A DNA stretch of 62,830 bases, filler included. It is 18 parts of 18 records of this genome, joined end to end, with 100 filler letters (N's around TTAATTAATTAA, not from the genome) between each part and the next. Parts side by side here need not be neighbours in the genome. Positions count along the whole stretch, not along the records: positions 46,731 to 53,180 come from SRR16133337_13370; positions 53,281 to 59,308 come from SRR16133337_13396; 16 more parts are not named here. The stretch is one strand, 5' to 3'. The position numbers and the translations under genes were made by a program. The notes beneath the pieces are model-generated. The model was not told the origin of the DNA and did not search any database. It saw only the letters and a program-made list of their open reading frames with translations. Positions 46,841 to 57,064 of this stretch are shown in pieces. The stretch's first letter is position 1. Every line of letters starts with the position of its first letter.

Positions 46841-49800
46841 ATGATGAGAAAACTTAAAATCAATCTTTTCTGTCTTATCGCAAGCCTTTTTTTTATACAA
46901 ACCACCTCTTTTGCACAGACAGAAAATTTATGGACACCGGATACACGTGAAAACTTTGCCCTTTATCAGAAAAATTCTAGAAAGATCAATCCCAAAACTG
47001 AAAAAATATTCCGTTTAGATCTATCGCTTTTAAAAGAAAAATTGAAAAATTGTGAGCGTCGAACGGAGACCTCTTCTTTAAAAAAATCAAGTTTACAACT
47101 TCTGTTTCCTGACAAAAATGGAAAGATGCTTTCCTATTACATTTTAGAAGCTTCCATTATGAGTCCCAAATTGCAGGAAAAATATCCAGAAATAAGAGCT
47201 TATATAGGCAAGGCAATTGATAACTCTAGTACCACAATTCGTTTTAGTGTAAGTCCTTTAGGCTTTCACGGATTGAAATTTCTAGGAAATGGAGAATCCG
47301 AATTTATAGATCCCTATACAAAAGACGGTCTCTCTTACACGGTGTATTCTCAAAAAGACATTCCTGCACTTGAAAGAATAAGGCAATGCAAAGTAAAAGA
47401 AACGGCTGAAAATACCGCTCTGTATAAAGAATCTTCTCAAGCAAAAGGACTTGTAAGTGATGGAAAATTTCGAACTTTTCGGTTGGCATTGGCCTGTACA
47501 GGAGAATATGCACAATTTCATCTCAACGACCAAAACATTGCGGTTACGGCTACAGAAACTGAAAAAAAAGCAGCCGTATTAGTTGCGATGCATACTACCA
47601 TGGACCGTGTCAATGCAATTTTTGAAAGAGATGTGGGCTTAACCATGTTGCTAGTAGATGACAACACAGACGTAATTTTTTTAGATTCTACTACCGATGG
47701 ATTTACAAATGATGATGAAGAAGCAATGTTAGAGGAAGTACAAACAATTTGTGATACTCAGATTGGTTTTGATAACTATGATATAGGACATGTTTTTAAT
47801 ATAACGGATCTAGGTACTTCAGGAGTGGCAAAATTGAACTCTCCTTGTACCTCTACAAAAGCACAAGGAGTCAGCGGTTCAGAATCTCCCAAAGGAGATT
47901 CTTTTGATGTAGATTTTGTCGCACATGAAATGGGGCATCAGTTTGGGGCTAGCCATACGTTTAATAATTTTTGTGGGGGTACTAGAACTCCTTTTACAGC
48001 TGTAGAGCCAGGAAGTGGTTCTACAATTATGAGTTATGCAGGAATATGCCCTCCAAATGTGCAAGAAGTTACGGATCCTTATTTTCATGCAAAAAGTATA
48101 AACCAAATGTATACGAATATTACCACTGGAGCTAGTACTTGTGCTTTAGAATCCCCTACGGGAAATACCCCTCCAACAGCAAATGCAGGAGCTGATTTTG
48201 TAATTCCACATTCCACCCCTTTTGTTTTAAAAGGAGAAGGAACAGATTCCAATGATGGGAATTTAACCTATTGTTGGGAGCAAAACGATTTAGGACGTAT
48301 AAATCTACCTTCGGATACGAATGTAAGAGGTCCTCTTTTTCGTTATTTGCCTCCTTCAAAAACCAGTTCCGAGAGGTACTTTCCAAAACTAGAAACGGTT
48401 TTAAGTGGAAGCTTAGGAACTACTTGGGAGCAATTGCCCTCTGTAGGGCGTACTCTAAACTTCTGGTTTACGGTGAGAGACAACGATATTCTTGGAGGTC
48501 AAGTTGTAAGTGATGCGATGTTCCTTAAAGTGGAGGGAACCTCAGGACCTTTTAGGGTAACTTCTCAAAATGTTTTTGAGCTGTTTCATATAGGAGAATC
48601 TGAAACGGTAACTTGGGATGTTGCCCTTACAAATAGTCCCCCTGTAAATGTTTCCGAGGTAAACATCCTTTTGTCTACAGATGGAGGACTTACCTTTCCA
48701 ACGGTACTTGCTAGTGGGGTAGACAATAATGGAAGTCACACCATAATTGTGCCGCCTATTCTTTCTACGACGATAACTCAGGGTCGAATAAAAGTCGAAG
48801 CTGTTGACAATGTTTTTTATGCGATCAATCAAACAGATTTTCAAATTGATCCTTCTCCATTTGCGATGACTTTAGAAGAAAATAGTCTTGCCGTTTGTGA
48901 ACCTAATGATGTAATTTATACTTTTGAATACCATACCTATTTAGACTTTGTGGGTTTAGACTTTGTGGGGGAAACATTCTTTTCGGTAACAGGCTTGCCC
49001 GAAGGAACTGCTGTAGAATTTACACCTACAAGTGCAACCGCAGATGGAACTTTGGTAACCCTAGAAATTACGGGAATCAATGCGGCAATTCAAGGGGTTC
49101 ATGATTTTACATTGGTTGGAACTTCAGGTTCAGAAGTGAAAAATGTAACTCTGAATCTAGAAGTCTATAAAGAAGGCCTCAACCCCCCTTTCCTAAAAGT
49201 ACCCTTAAATAATGAGTTAAACTTGGTGACTCCTGTTATCTTAGAATGGGAAGCAGATCCCAATGTTTCTTTTTATGAAATAGAGATTGCTTCCGATCCA
49301 ACATTTTCAACTACTGTTGAAAGGGCTGAGGTAAAAGAAGCAAAGTATATCGCCGAAAATTTAGACTCCAATCGTTACTATTATTGGAGAGTAAGAGGGA
49401 ACAACCCCTGTGAAACAGGCCCCTATTCTTCTGTTTTTGGATTTTTTATGGCAAAGGTTCAAAATTTTGATTTCGATTCTGAGAAAGGGGAACTAGAGAT
49501 TCCAGATGGCGATTCTACGGGAATTTCATCTGTCATTACAATAGACAAAAGTATTGAAATCTTAGATGTGGAGGTAACCATAAACCTCAATCACGAACAT
49601 TTAGGAGATTTGAGAATCAGTTTGATAAATCCGGGAGGAATTGAGGTAGATTTGGTAAGTGAGCGCGGAGAGGATTTAGGTTTTCCTGCAAATTTTCCCG
49701 ATACCGTTTTTGATGATGTTGCTGAGTTTAGCTTATTCGAAGGTCTCTATGAGCATCTAATAGAAATCGAAGTAGTGAACAATGTCTTTTCTTCCGTGAT

Positions 49801-50239
49801 ATTCTTAGGGCCTTTTAAACCTGAAGAAGCCTTTTCCATTTTTAATGCAACAAACAGTAAAGGAGATTGGACTTTAAAAATAGCAGATTTAGACGCAGAG
49901 GATCTAGGAACCTTCGTTCGTTGGAGTTTGTCGATTTCTGGGATAGAGGAAAGAGTTGAAATTCTAATTCCTAAAGGTTTCACCCCAAATGGTGATAGAA
50001 TCAATGATACCTGGAACATCACTTACAAAGAGGATCCTAATAAAATTCCTTCTGTACTAACCATTAAAATTTACAACCGCTTTGGAGAATTGATGTTTCA
50101 AACAAAACACTATGATAATAGTTGGAACGGAGATTCTTTAAAAGGAATCAAAGTTCCTGTGGGAGTCTATATTTATCAAGTATTTTCTGAGTCCAATGAA
50201 TTTTTACCAAGAAAAGGGGGGGTGTATATAAAATATTAG
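46841..50239 (+). CDS. T9SS-secreted reprolysin-like (M12B) zinc metalloprotease with proprotein-convertase P domain and type B (gliding-motility) C-terminal domain
   Basis: Signal peptide, RTFRLALACTGEY, HEMGHQFGASH, EPGSGSTIMSY, FN3-like YYWRVR, P-domain HEHLGDLRISL..GDWTLKI, CTD IPKGFTPNGDRINDTW..IYNRFG. Confidence 0.9.
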   Translation: MMRKLKINLFCLIASLFFIQTTSFAQTENLWTPDTRENFALYQKNSRKINPKTEKIFRLDLSLLKEKLKNCERRTETSSLKKSSLQLLFPDKNGKMLSYYILEASIMSPKLQEKYPEIRAYIGKAIDNSSTTIRFSVSPLGFHGLKFLGNGESEFIDPYTKDGLSYTVYSQKDIPALERIRQCKVKETAENTALYKESSQAKGLVSDGKFRTFRLALACTGEYAQFHLNDQNIAVTATETEKKAAVLVAMHTTMDRVNAIFERDVGLTMLLVDDNTDVIFLDSTTDGFTNDDEEAMLEEVQTICDTQIGFDNYDIGHVFNITDLGTSGVAKLNSPCTSTKAQGVSGSESPKGDSFDVDFVAHEMGHQFGASHTFNNFCGGTRTPFTAVEPGSGSTIMSYAGICPPNVQEVTDPYFHAKSINQMYTNITTGASTCALESPTGNTPPTANAGADFVIPHSTPFVLKGEGTDSNDGNLTYCWEQNDLGRINLPSDTNVRGPLFRYLPPSKTSSERYFPKLETVLSGSLGTTWEQLPSVGRTLNFWFTVRDNDILGGQVVSDAMFLKVEGTSGPFRVTSQNVFELFHIGESETVTWDVALTNSPPVNVSEVNILLSTDGGLTFPTVLASGVDNNGSHTIIVPPILSTTITQGRIKVEAVDNVFYAINQTDFQIDPSPFAMTLEENSLAVCEPNDVIYTFEYHTYLDFVGLDFVGETFFSVTGLPEGTAVEFTPTSATADGTLVTLEITGINAAIQGVHDFTLVGTSGSEVKNVTLNLEVYKEGLNPPFLKVPLNNELNLVTPVILEWEADPNVSFYEIEIASDPTFSTTVERAEVKEAKYIAENLDSNRYYYWRVRGNNPCETGPYSSVFGFFMAKVQNFDFDSEKGELEIPDGDSTGISSVITIDKSIEILDVEVTINLNHEHLGDLRISLINPGGIEVDLVSERGEDLGFPANFPDTVFDDVAEFSLFEGLYEHLIEIEVVNNVFSSVIFLGPFKPEEAFSIFNATNSKGDWTLKIADLDAEDLGTFVRWSLSISGIEERVEILIPKGFTPNGDRINDTWNITYKEDPNKIPSVLTIKIYNRFGELMFQTKHYDNSWNGDSLKGIKVPVGVYIYQVFSESNEFLPRKGGVYIKY

Positions 50240-50336
50240 GAAGCTACTATTTCAAAGAATATTTTTTTAATTCTCGTAGACCTAAGTATTAAAAAAATAT
50301 TGTATTTTCACCTTTTTAAACTAAACAAATGTTATC

Positions 50337-53150
50337 ATGAAAAAATATTTTAGCCTTCTTCTATTTTTAGTATCAGGTCTTATTACGGTTGCTCAAACAA
50401 TAGTTTCAGGAACGGTTGTGGATGCTGATTCGGATACCCCTATTCCAGAAGTTAATATTTCTATTATAGGTTCTTCTTTGGGAGCGGTAACAGATTTTGA
50501 TGGAAAATTTACCATCTCTGTGAGGCAAGCTCTTCCTTTCAAACTACAAGCCAGTAGTGTAGGTTTTAAATCCGTTATCAAAACGATTACAAAAAACAAA
50601 CAAATTGTAAAATTCTCACTTCGAGAAGGAACCGAATTGGATGAAGTTGTGGTCTCAGCTTCAAGAACTCCAGAACGTATTTTCGAATCTCCAGTGACTG
50701 TAGAGTTCTTTGGACTACAAGAAATAAAAAAAACAGCCTCTATAGATTTTTATGACGGATTGGAAAATATAAAAGGAGTTGACATCAACACCAATAGTTT
50801 GACCTTTAAGTCTATCAATACAAGAGGCTTTGCAACTTTTAGAAATAACCGTTTTGTACAATTGGTAGATGGTATGGACAATTCGGCTCCTGCATTGAAT
50901 TTTCCTTTAGGGAATTTATTAGGAATGACAGAAACAGATGTCAAATCTATAGAATTGCTTTCAGGGGTCTCTTCTGCATTGTACGGTGCCAATGCCTTTA
51001 ACGGAATCCTGTTTATGACCAGTAAAAACCCTTTTGAGGTTCCTGGAATTAGTGGTTATTCTAAAGTTGGAATTACCTCTCAAAAAGCCTCTGGAAATAA
51101 CTTATATACAGATATTGGAGTAAGAATTGCACATAAATTCAACAACAAATGGGCCGCGAAAGTAAATTTAGGATATCTTCAAGGAGTAGATTGGGGAGGA
51201 AATAGTGAAGTATCTAAAGGCGCTACAGGTTTTACGAGATTGGACACGAATTACGATGGTATTAATGTGTATGGAGATGAGGTGTCTACTAATATTAGAG
51301 TCGCTTCGGGAGGCTTAGGTATTATTCCTAATGTTGAAGTTAGTAGAACAGGATACAATGAAACTCATTTGACCGACTACAAAGCAGAAAGTTTTAAAAC
51401 AGATTGGGGAATCTATTTTCGTCCGAATGAAGATGATTTAGAACTCTCTTATGTTGGGAAATATGGTTCTGGTTCTACGATTTATCAAGGAACCAACCGT
51501 TATGCAATTGATGATTTTTATATGACGCAGCACAAAATAGAAATAAAAAACGACCACTTCTTTGTAAGGGCTTATGTAACAGAAGACAATGCAGGAGATT
51601 CCTATGATATGGTATTTACAGGTATTAACATTAATAGAGCTTGGAAAACAGATAAACAATGGTTTAAAGAATACATTGAAACATTTGCAGGAATTGAATT
51701 AACAGGTAACCCACAAGGTTTAACTGAACAAGAGAAACATGACCGATCAAGATCAGTAGCCGATACAGGTCGATTTTCACCAGAATCAAAAGAGTTTAAA
51801 ACGGCCTTTAATGAAAGTATCACCAATCCAGATTTATCTGTAGGTTCTAAATTTCAAGACAACTCAAAAGTTTACCATGGAGATGCCAATTACAATTTTA
51901 CAGATAAAATTGGCTTTGCAGAAATACAAGTGGGCGGTTCTGCTAGAAGATACAGCTTAAACTCATCAGGAACAATTTACACAGATGCCGACGGTACCAT
52001 TAACTATGCTGAAGTAGGATTGTATACCCAATTGCAAAAGAAATTTTTAGAAGACGATCGGTTAAAATTAACCGCCTCTATACGTTATGATAAATCAGAA
52101 TTGTTTGAAGGCTTTTTCTCTCCTAGAGTTTCTCTAGGCTATACCTTTGGAGAAGAAAAAAATCACAATATAAGAGGTTCGGTGCAAACAGGTTTTAGAA
52201 ATCCAACAACGCAAGATTTATTTATTGGATTGGATGTAGGGAGAGCTGTTTTAATTGGTGGCGCCTCAAATAATCCTGCCAGAGATGTTAGAACCTATAA
52301 TTTAAGTGCTTTTGCACAAACCTCCGTTTCCGAATTTGGAGGAGCCACTACGGTTGATTTTGATGGACAAGGTGCCTATAAAAATTCTTACTCAGCAAGT
52401 TCGGTTCAGGAATTTGGAACCTCTTTAAATCCAGAAGATTTAAAAATTGCCAATCCCGATTTTGCAAAACCAGAACAAGTAACCTCTTTTGAAGTGGGAT
52501 ATAGAGGAAAATTAGAGAAGGTAATCGTGGACTTAAGTGGGTATTACAATTCCTATAAAGATTTTCTCTCCAATGAAGTTGTGATTGCCCCATTTTTTGG
52601 AGAAGTTGACTTTTCAGATGGGACTATTGATGTACCAGGAGTGGGAGTCCTTCCACAGCCTGTTGCCGCCATTTTAAATGGAGATTACCAAACATACCAA
52701 ACGTACACCAATACAGATGCAGACATCAATTCTTATGGAGCCTCCATTGCCATAAATTCCAACTTTTTTAGAAACTATGATATAGGCATCAATTACACCT
52801 ATACGAAATTAGATTTTGATCAAACAGCCAATCCAGATTTTCAAACAAACTTTAACACCCCAGAACACAAGGTAAAAGCAACTTTTGGAAATACAGAAGT
52901 GGTTAAAAATATTGGATTTAATATCGCTTGGAGATGGAGTGATACCTACTTATGGGAAGCCCCATTTGGAAATGGTATCGTACCCTCCTATCATGTGGTA
53001 GATGCTCAAGTAAGCTTTAAGACACCTCTCTTAAAATCGGTATTTAAAGTAGGGGCAACCAATTTATTAAAAAACGAATACTTTACTGCTTTTGGAACAG
53101 GCTATATTGGTTCTCAATACTATCTTTCCTGGGTAATTAATAACTTATAA
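50337..53150 (+). CDS. TonB-dependent receptor
   Basis: 937 aa. CarboxypepD_reg-like N-domain, VVSASRTPE, INTRGF, SSALYGANAFNG plug and a beta-barrel C-terminus. Confidence 0.93.
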   Translation: MKKYFSLLLFLVSGLITVAQTIVSGTVVDADSDTPIPEVNISIIGSSLGAVTDFDGKFTISVRQALPFKLQASSVGFKSVIKTITKNKQIVKFSLREGTELDEVVVSASRTPERIFESPVTVEFFGLQEIKKTASIDFYDGLENIKGVDINTNSLTFKSINTRGFATFRNNRFVQLVDGMDNSAPALNFPLGNLLGMTETDVKSIELLSGVSSALYGANAFNGILFMTSKNPFEVPGISGYSKVGITSQKASGNNLYTDIGVRIAHKFNNKWAAKVNLGYLQGVDWGGNSEVSKGATGFTRLDTNYDGINVYGDEVSTNIRVASGGLGIIPNVEVSRTGYNETHLTDYKAESFKTDWGIYFRPNEDDLELSYVGKYGSGSTIYQGTNRYAIDDFYMTQHKIEIKNDHFFVRAYVTEDNAGDSYDMVFTGININRAWKTDKQWFKEYIETFAGIELTGNPQGLTEQEKHDRSRSVADTGRFSPESKEFKTAFNESITNPDLSVGSKFQDNSKVYHGDANYNFTDKIGFAEIQVGGSARRYSLNSSGTIYTDADGTINYAEVGLYTQLQKKFLEDDRLKLTASIRYDKSELFEGFFSPRVSLGYTFGEEKNHNIRGSVQTGFRNPTTQDLFIGLDVGRAVLIGGASNNPARDVRTYNLSAFAQTSVSEFGGATTVDFDGQGAYKNSYSASSVQEFGTSLNPEDLKIANPDFAKPEQVTSFEVGYRGKLEKVIVDLSGYYNSYKDFLSNEVVIAPFFGEVDFSDGTIDVPGVGVLPQPVAAILNGDYQTYQTYTNTDADINSYGASIAINSNFFRNYDIGINYTYTKLDFDQTANPDFQTNFNTPEHKVKATFGNTEVVKNIGFNIAWRWSDTYLWEAPFGNGIVPSYHVVDAQVSFKTPLLKSVFKVGATNLLKNEYFTAFGTGYIGSQYYLSWVINNL

Positions 53151-53280
53151 AATTAAGAATGATGAGCGGTTAAAATGATANNNNNNNNNNNNNNNNNNNN
53201 NNNNNNNNNNNNNNNNNNNNNNNNTTAATTAATTAANNNNNNNNNNNNNNNNNNNNNNNNNNNNNNNNNNNNNNNNNNNN

Positions 53281-53362
53281 ATGACATCCAGACTGCAAGA
53301 CAAAAAACGGCATCACGGTATCACTGTTTTACCGTATCACGACAAGACTGCAAGACAAAAAA
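53281..53362 (+). repeat. Short-period (8-bp) intergenic repeat tract with an 18-bp direct repeat
   Basis: AGACTGCAAGACAAAAAA at 53290 and 53345. Octamers ACGGCATC ACGGTATC ACTGTTTT ACCGTATC ACGACAAG ACTGCAAG at 53307-53354. Confidence 0.7.
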
Positions 53363-53408
53363 AGAATCTTACAAATAATAATTCTACGGACTAAAAACGA
53401 TTAAGTAA

Positions 53409-56400
53409 ATGACAAATAAAAAAGTTGACAAAGAATTTGGTTTATCCTCATGGGCTATCCATAATAAAACAACGATTTATGTACTGATCGTTTTGATTCT
53501 ATTTTTAGGAATCTCTGCCTATTTTAGTATGCCAAGAGAGAGTTTTCCGGAAATTAAAGAAACGAAAATCTATATCAGTTCTGTGTATCCTGGTAATACT
53601 GCAGAAGACATCGAAAAACGAATCTCAAATCCTTTAGAAGACAAACTAAAAACGGTTAGTAATGTTGTAGAAATTACCTCAACATCACAAGAAGATTACT
53701 CCATGATCATTGTTGAATTTGATGAAAACATCACCGTAGAACTCGCCAAACAAAAGGTAAAAGACGAAATCGATTCTGAAATTTCTGGAGAAGACTGGCC
53801 CACATTTAATGGAGCAAAAGTAGAACCCAATGTTTTTGAATTAAGCTTATCAGAAGAAATTCCAATTCTTAATATCAATATTTCTGGAGACTATCCTGTC
53901 TCTAAATTAAAAGAGTTTGGAGAGTATTTACAAGATGAAATTGAAGATTTACCTGAAATTAAAAAAGTAGATATCCGTGGAGCCCAAGACAAAGAAGTAG
54001 AAGTTGCTGTAGATATTTACAAGATGATGGCGGCAAAAGTAAGTTTTGAAAACATTATAGATGCAATTAACAAAGGAAATACAACCATGTCGGCAGGTAA
54101 TTTTATTACCAGTGGACAAAGACGCACCATTCGTATTCTAGGAGAAATAGAAAAACCTTCAGATTTAGGAAACTTTGTCATTAAATCAGAAAATAACAAT
54201 CCTATTTATTTAAAAAACGTAGCCGTAATTTCTTTTAAAGAAAAGGAAAGAACCACCTATGCAAGGGAGTATGGCAATCGTGTTGTTATGCTGGATGCTA
54301 AAAAAAGAGCGGGTAAAAATATGGTTGCTGCCGTAGAAAAAATTCAAAAAATTGTAAAGGAGGCAAAACAAAACATTTTTCCAACAGATTTAAAAGTAAC
54401 CATCGCCAACGATCAATCTGTAAAAACAATTGGTCAAGTAGATGATTTGGTAAATAATATCATTTTTGGAGTTATTCTAGTAGTCACTGTGTTGATGTTT
54501 TTCTTAGGATTTAAAAATGCAGTTTTTGTTGGATTTGCAATTCCGATGTCAATGTTTATGTCATTAATGATCTTAAATTTATTAGGATACACAATGAATA
54601 CCATGATTCTTTTTGGCTTGATTATGGGACTCGGAATGCTGGTAGATAACGGTATTGTGGTTGTAGAAAACGTTTACCGCTTAATGGATCAAGAAGGAAT
54701 GGGAAGAGTAGAAGCTGCTAAGAAAGGAATTGGAGAGATTGCTTTCCCAATTATTATTTCTACAGCAACTACAGTTGCCGCATTTATTCCGTTAGGTTTA
54801 TGGCCAGGAATGATGGGAGATTTCATGATTCTTTTACCAATTACACTTTCTACAGTTTTAGGTTCATCTTTATTTGTTGCTATTTTTTTTAACTCAGTAA
54901 TGGTTTCTCAATTTATGAATATTGAAGATAAAAACATGCCTTTAAAGCGCATGGTAATTTTGTCTTCTGGCATGGTCATCATCGGGCTTTTCATTTTACT
55001 TTTCGGAGATGTATATCGTGCCTTAGGGAGTATTATGGTATTTACAGCGATGATGCTTTGGGTCTATAGACTTGGATTGCGTAAAATAACTCATTATTTT
55101 CAAACAAAAATACTGACTCGTTTAGAAAATTGGTACGAAAGACAATTAAGACGTTCCTTATCAGGTTGGAGAGCTTATCTATTAACTTTGGGAACCTTTT
55201 TATTATTGATTGTTGCCTTTATGACATTTGGAATTTCTGTAAGCAAACAACGAACAAAAATTGAATTTTTCCCAGATAACAAACCCAATCAAATTATTGT
55301 CTATATCGAATACCCACAAGGAACAGCTATCGAAAAAACCAACACCATTACAAAGGCAATTGAGAAGAAAGTTTTTGCTGTTTTAAACGATAAAATGTAT
55401 ATAGATGCTGGGTATAACTTTTTGGTAGAAAGTACCGTTTCTCAAGTAGGCGAAGGTGCAGGAAACCCTCAAACGGATGGAGGATCTGCTGCAGAAATGC
55501 CTCATAAAGGAAAAATTACGGCTTCTATGCGAGAGTATAAATACAGACGCGGACAAGATAGTGAACTCTTAAGACAAAAGGTTCAGAAAGCTTTGGTTGG
55601 AATTTATCCTGGAGTTTTAATTTCTGTCGAAAAAGATCAAAACGGACCTCCGGCAGGATCTCCTATTAATATAGAACTAGAAGGAAAGGATTATGCAGCA
55701 TTAATTGAAGCGGCAGAAAAAATGCGTAATTTCATCAATACAAAAAATATCGCAGGTATCGATGAATTAAAAATTGATGTGAATAGAGATAAACCTGGAA
55801 TGCAAGTTGTTGTTGATAGAAAAAAAGCGGGTGAGTTTGGTGTCGGCACGGGTCAAGTGGGACAACAACTTCGAAATTCCATTTTTGGTAACAAAGCGGG
55901 AGTCTATAAAGAAGATGGAGAAGATTATGATATTTATGTTCGTTTTAATAAAGAAAATAGATACAATAAGAGTGCTCTTTTTAATCAAAAAATAACGTTT
56001 AGAGACCCCTCTACTGGTAAAATCAAAGAAATTCCTGTATCTGCCCTAGCGAAACAAAATAATAATTCTGGATTTAGTGCCATTAAACACAAAGATGTCA
56101 AAAGAGTTGTATCTGTCTATTCTGCTTTATCGCCCGGATTTACAGATGCTGGAGCTGTGGTAAATCAGATTCAAAATGAAATGCAAAATTTTAAAGAATT
56201 TCCAAAAGGAATTCAAATTGATTATACAGGTCAAATAGAAGAACAAAATAAACAGATGGCCTTTTTAATGAGTGCTTTTTTTAAAGGTTTAGCGTTGATT
56301 TTTTTCATTTTAATATTCCAATTTAATTCTGTTTCCAAACCCGCAATTATTATGTTGGCAATCTTTTTAAGTTTGATTGGAGTTTTTGGAGGCATTGTTA

Positions 56401-56870
56401 TTACAGGAAAACCCTTTGTTATTATGATGACCATGATGGGAATTATTTCGTTAGCAGGAATCGTAGTCAATAATGGGGTTGTCTTATTAGATTACATACA
56501 ATTATTAATCGATAGAAAAAAGGTGGAACTGGGGGTAAACGAAGAGGATTATTTAGACACGAAAACAGTATTTGAAAGTATTGTACTTGCTGGTAAAGCA
56601 CGTTTACGTCCCGTATTGTTAACGGCAATTACAACCATTTTAGGATTAATCCCCCTTGCAATAGGTTTCAACATAAACTTCTTTACGCTGTTTGATGAAT
56701 TTGATCCAAATATTTATTTTGGTGGAGATAATGTTATCTTTTGGGGCCCCTTAGCATGGACTGTTATTTATGGGCTTTTTGTAGCTACCTTTTTAACTCT
56801 AATTATAGTACCCGTTTTATTCTTTTTAATCACAAAATTTAAAATGTGGTTACGCGTAAAAATGGTATAA
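53409..56870 (+). CDS. RND efflux transporter permease (AcrB/AcrD/AcrF family)
   Basis: 1153 aa with two TM halves; GMLVDNGIVVVEN, GIVVNNGVVL, RLRPVLLTA. Confidence 0.95.
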   Translation: MTNKKVDKEFGLSSWAIHNKTTIYVLIVLILFLGISAYFSMPRESFPEIKETKIYISSVYPGNTAEDIEKRISNPLEDKLKTVSNVVEITSTSQEDYSMIIVEFDENITVELAKQKVKDEIDSEISGEDWPTFNGAKVEPNVFELSLSEEIPILNINISGDYPVSKLKEFGEYLQDEIEDLPEIKKVDIRGAQDKEVEVAVDIYKMMAAKVSFENIIDAINKGNTTMSAGNFITSGQRRTIRILGEIEKPSDLGNFVIKSENNNPIYLKNVAVISFKEKERTTYAREYGNRVVMLDAKKRAGKNMVAAVEKIQKIVKEAKQNIFPTDLKVTIANDQSVKTIGQVDDLVNNIIFGVILVVTVLMFFLGFKNAVFVGFAIPMSMFMSLMILNLLGYTMNTMILFGLIMGLGMLVDNGIVVVENVYRLMDQEGMGRVEAAKKGIGEIAFPIIISTATTVAAFIPLGLWPGMMGDFMILLPITLSTVLGSSLFVAIFFNSVMVSQFMNIEDKNMPLKRMVILSSGMVIIGLFILLFGDVYRALGSIMVFTAMMLWVYRLGLRKITHYFQTKILTRLENWYERQLRRSLSGWRAYLLTLGTFLLLIVAFMTFGISVSKQRTKIEFFPDNKPNQIIVYIEYPQGTAIEKTNTITKAIEKKVFAVLNDKMYIDAGYNFLVESTVSQVGEGAGNPQTDGGSAAEMPHKGKITASMREYKYRRGQDSELLRQKVQKALVGIYPGVLISVEKDQNGPPAGSPINIELEGKDYAALIEAAEKMRNFINTKNIAGIDELKIDVNRDKPGMQVVVDRKKAGEFGVGTGQVGQQLRNSIFGNKAGVYKEDGEDYDIYVRFNKENRYNKSALFNQKITFRDPSTGKIKEIPVSALAKQNNNSGFSAIKHKDVKRVVSVYSALSPGFTDAGAVVNQIQNEMQNFKEFPKGIQIDYTGQIEEQNKQMAFLMSAFFKGLALIFFILIFQFNSVSKPAIIMLAIFLSLIGVFGGIVITGKPFVIMMTMMGIISLAGIVVNNGVVLLDYIQLLIDRKKVELGVNEEDYLDTKTVFESIVLAGKARLRPVLLTAITTILGLIPLAIGFNINFFTLFDEFDPNIYFGGDNVIFWGPLAWTVIYGLFVATFLTLIIVPVLFFLITKFKMWLRVKMV

Positions 56871-56904
56871 ATGTCCTTTAGCCTGTTTTTAGTTACTGAC
56901 TTAT

Positions 56905-56948
56905 GCAGAAAAAGAATTTGTGAAATCTGCGGATCTCTGTGGGAGAAA
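56905..56948 (+). repeat. Truncated third copy of the GxxExxY-associated hairpin, with the loop in inverted orientation
   Basis: GCAGAAAAAGAATTTGTGAAATCTGCGGATCTCTGTGGGAGAAA. The loop AAAAAGAA is the reverse complement of the TTCTTTTT loop in the other two copies. Confidence 0.7.
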
Positions 56949-56956
56949 TAAAAGAA

Positions 56957-56980
56957 ATGATGACAGAAAACAACCTTTAA
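56957..56980 (+). pseudogene. Internally deleted ('empty') GxxExxY copy, MMTENNL*
   Basis: ATGATGACAGAAAAC-AACCTTTAA equals the start of the 57065 gene joined in frame to its end across a shared AAAC. Confidence 0.85.
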
Positions 56981-57060
56981 TAAAAAGTTTCCCGCAGATC
57001 TCGCAGATTTTCGCAGATTCTTTTTCTGAGGATCTCTGCGAAATCTGCGGGAGAAAAAAA
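56968..57060 (+). repeat. 93-bp direct repeat, copy 1, containing a ~65-nt imperfect hairpin
   Basis: TCCCGCAGAT CTCGCAGAT TTTCGCAGA-loop-TCTGAGGATC TCTGCGAA ATCTGCGGGA. Four mismatches versus 57433-57525. Confidence 0.93.
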
Positions 57061-57064
57061 AGAA

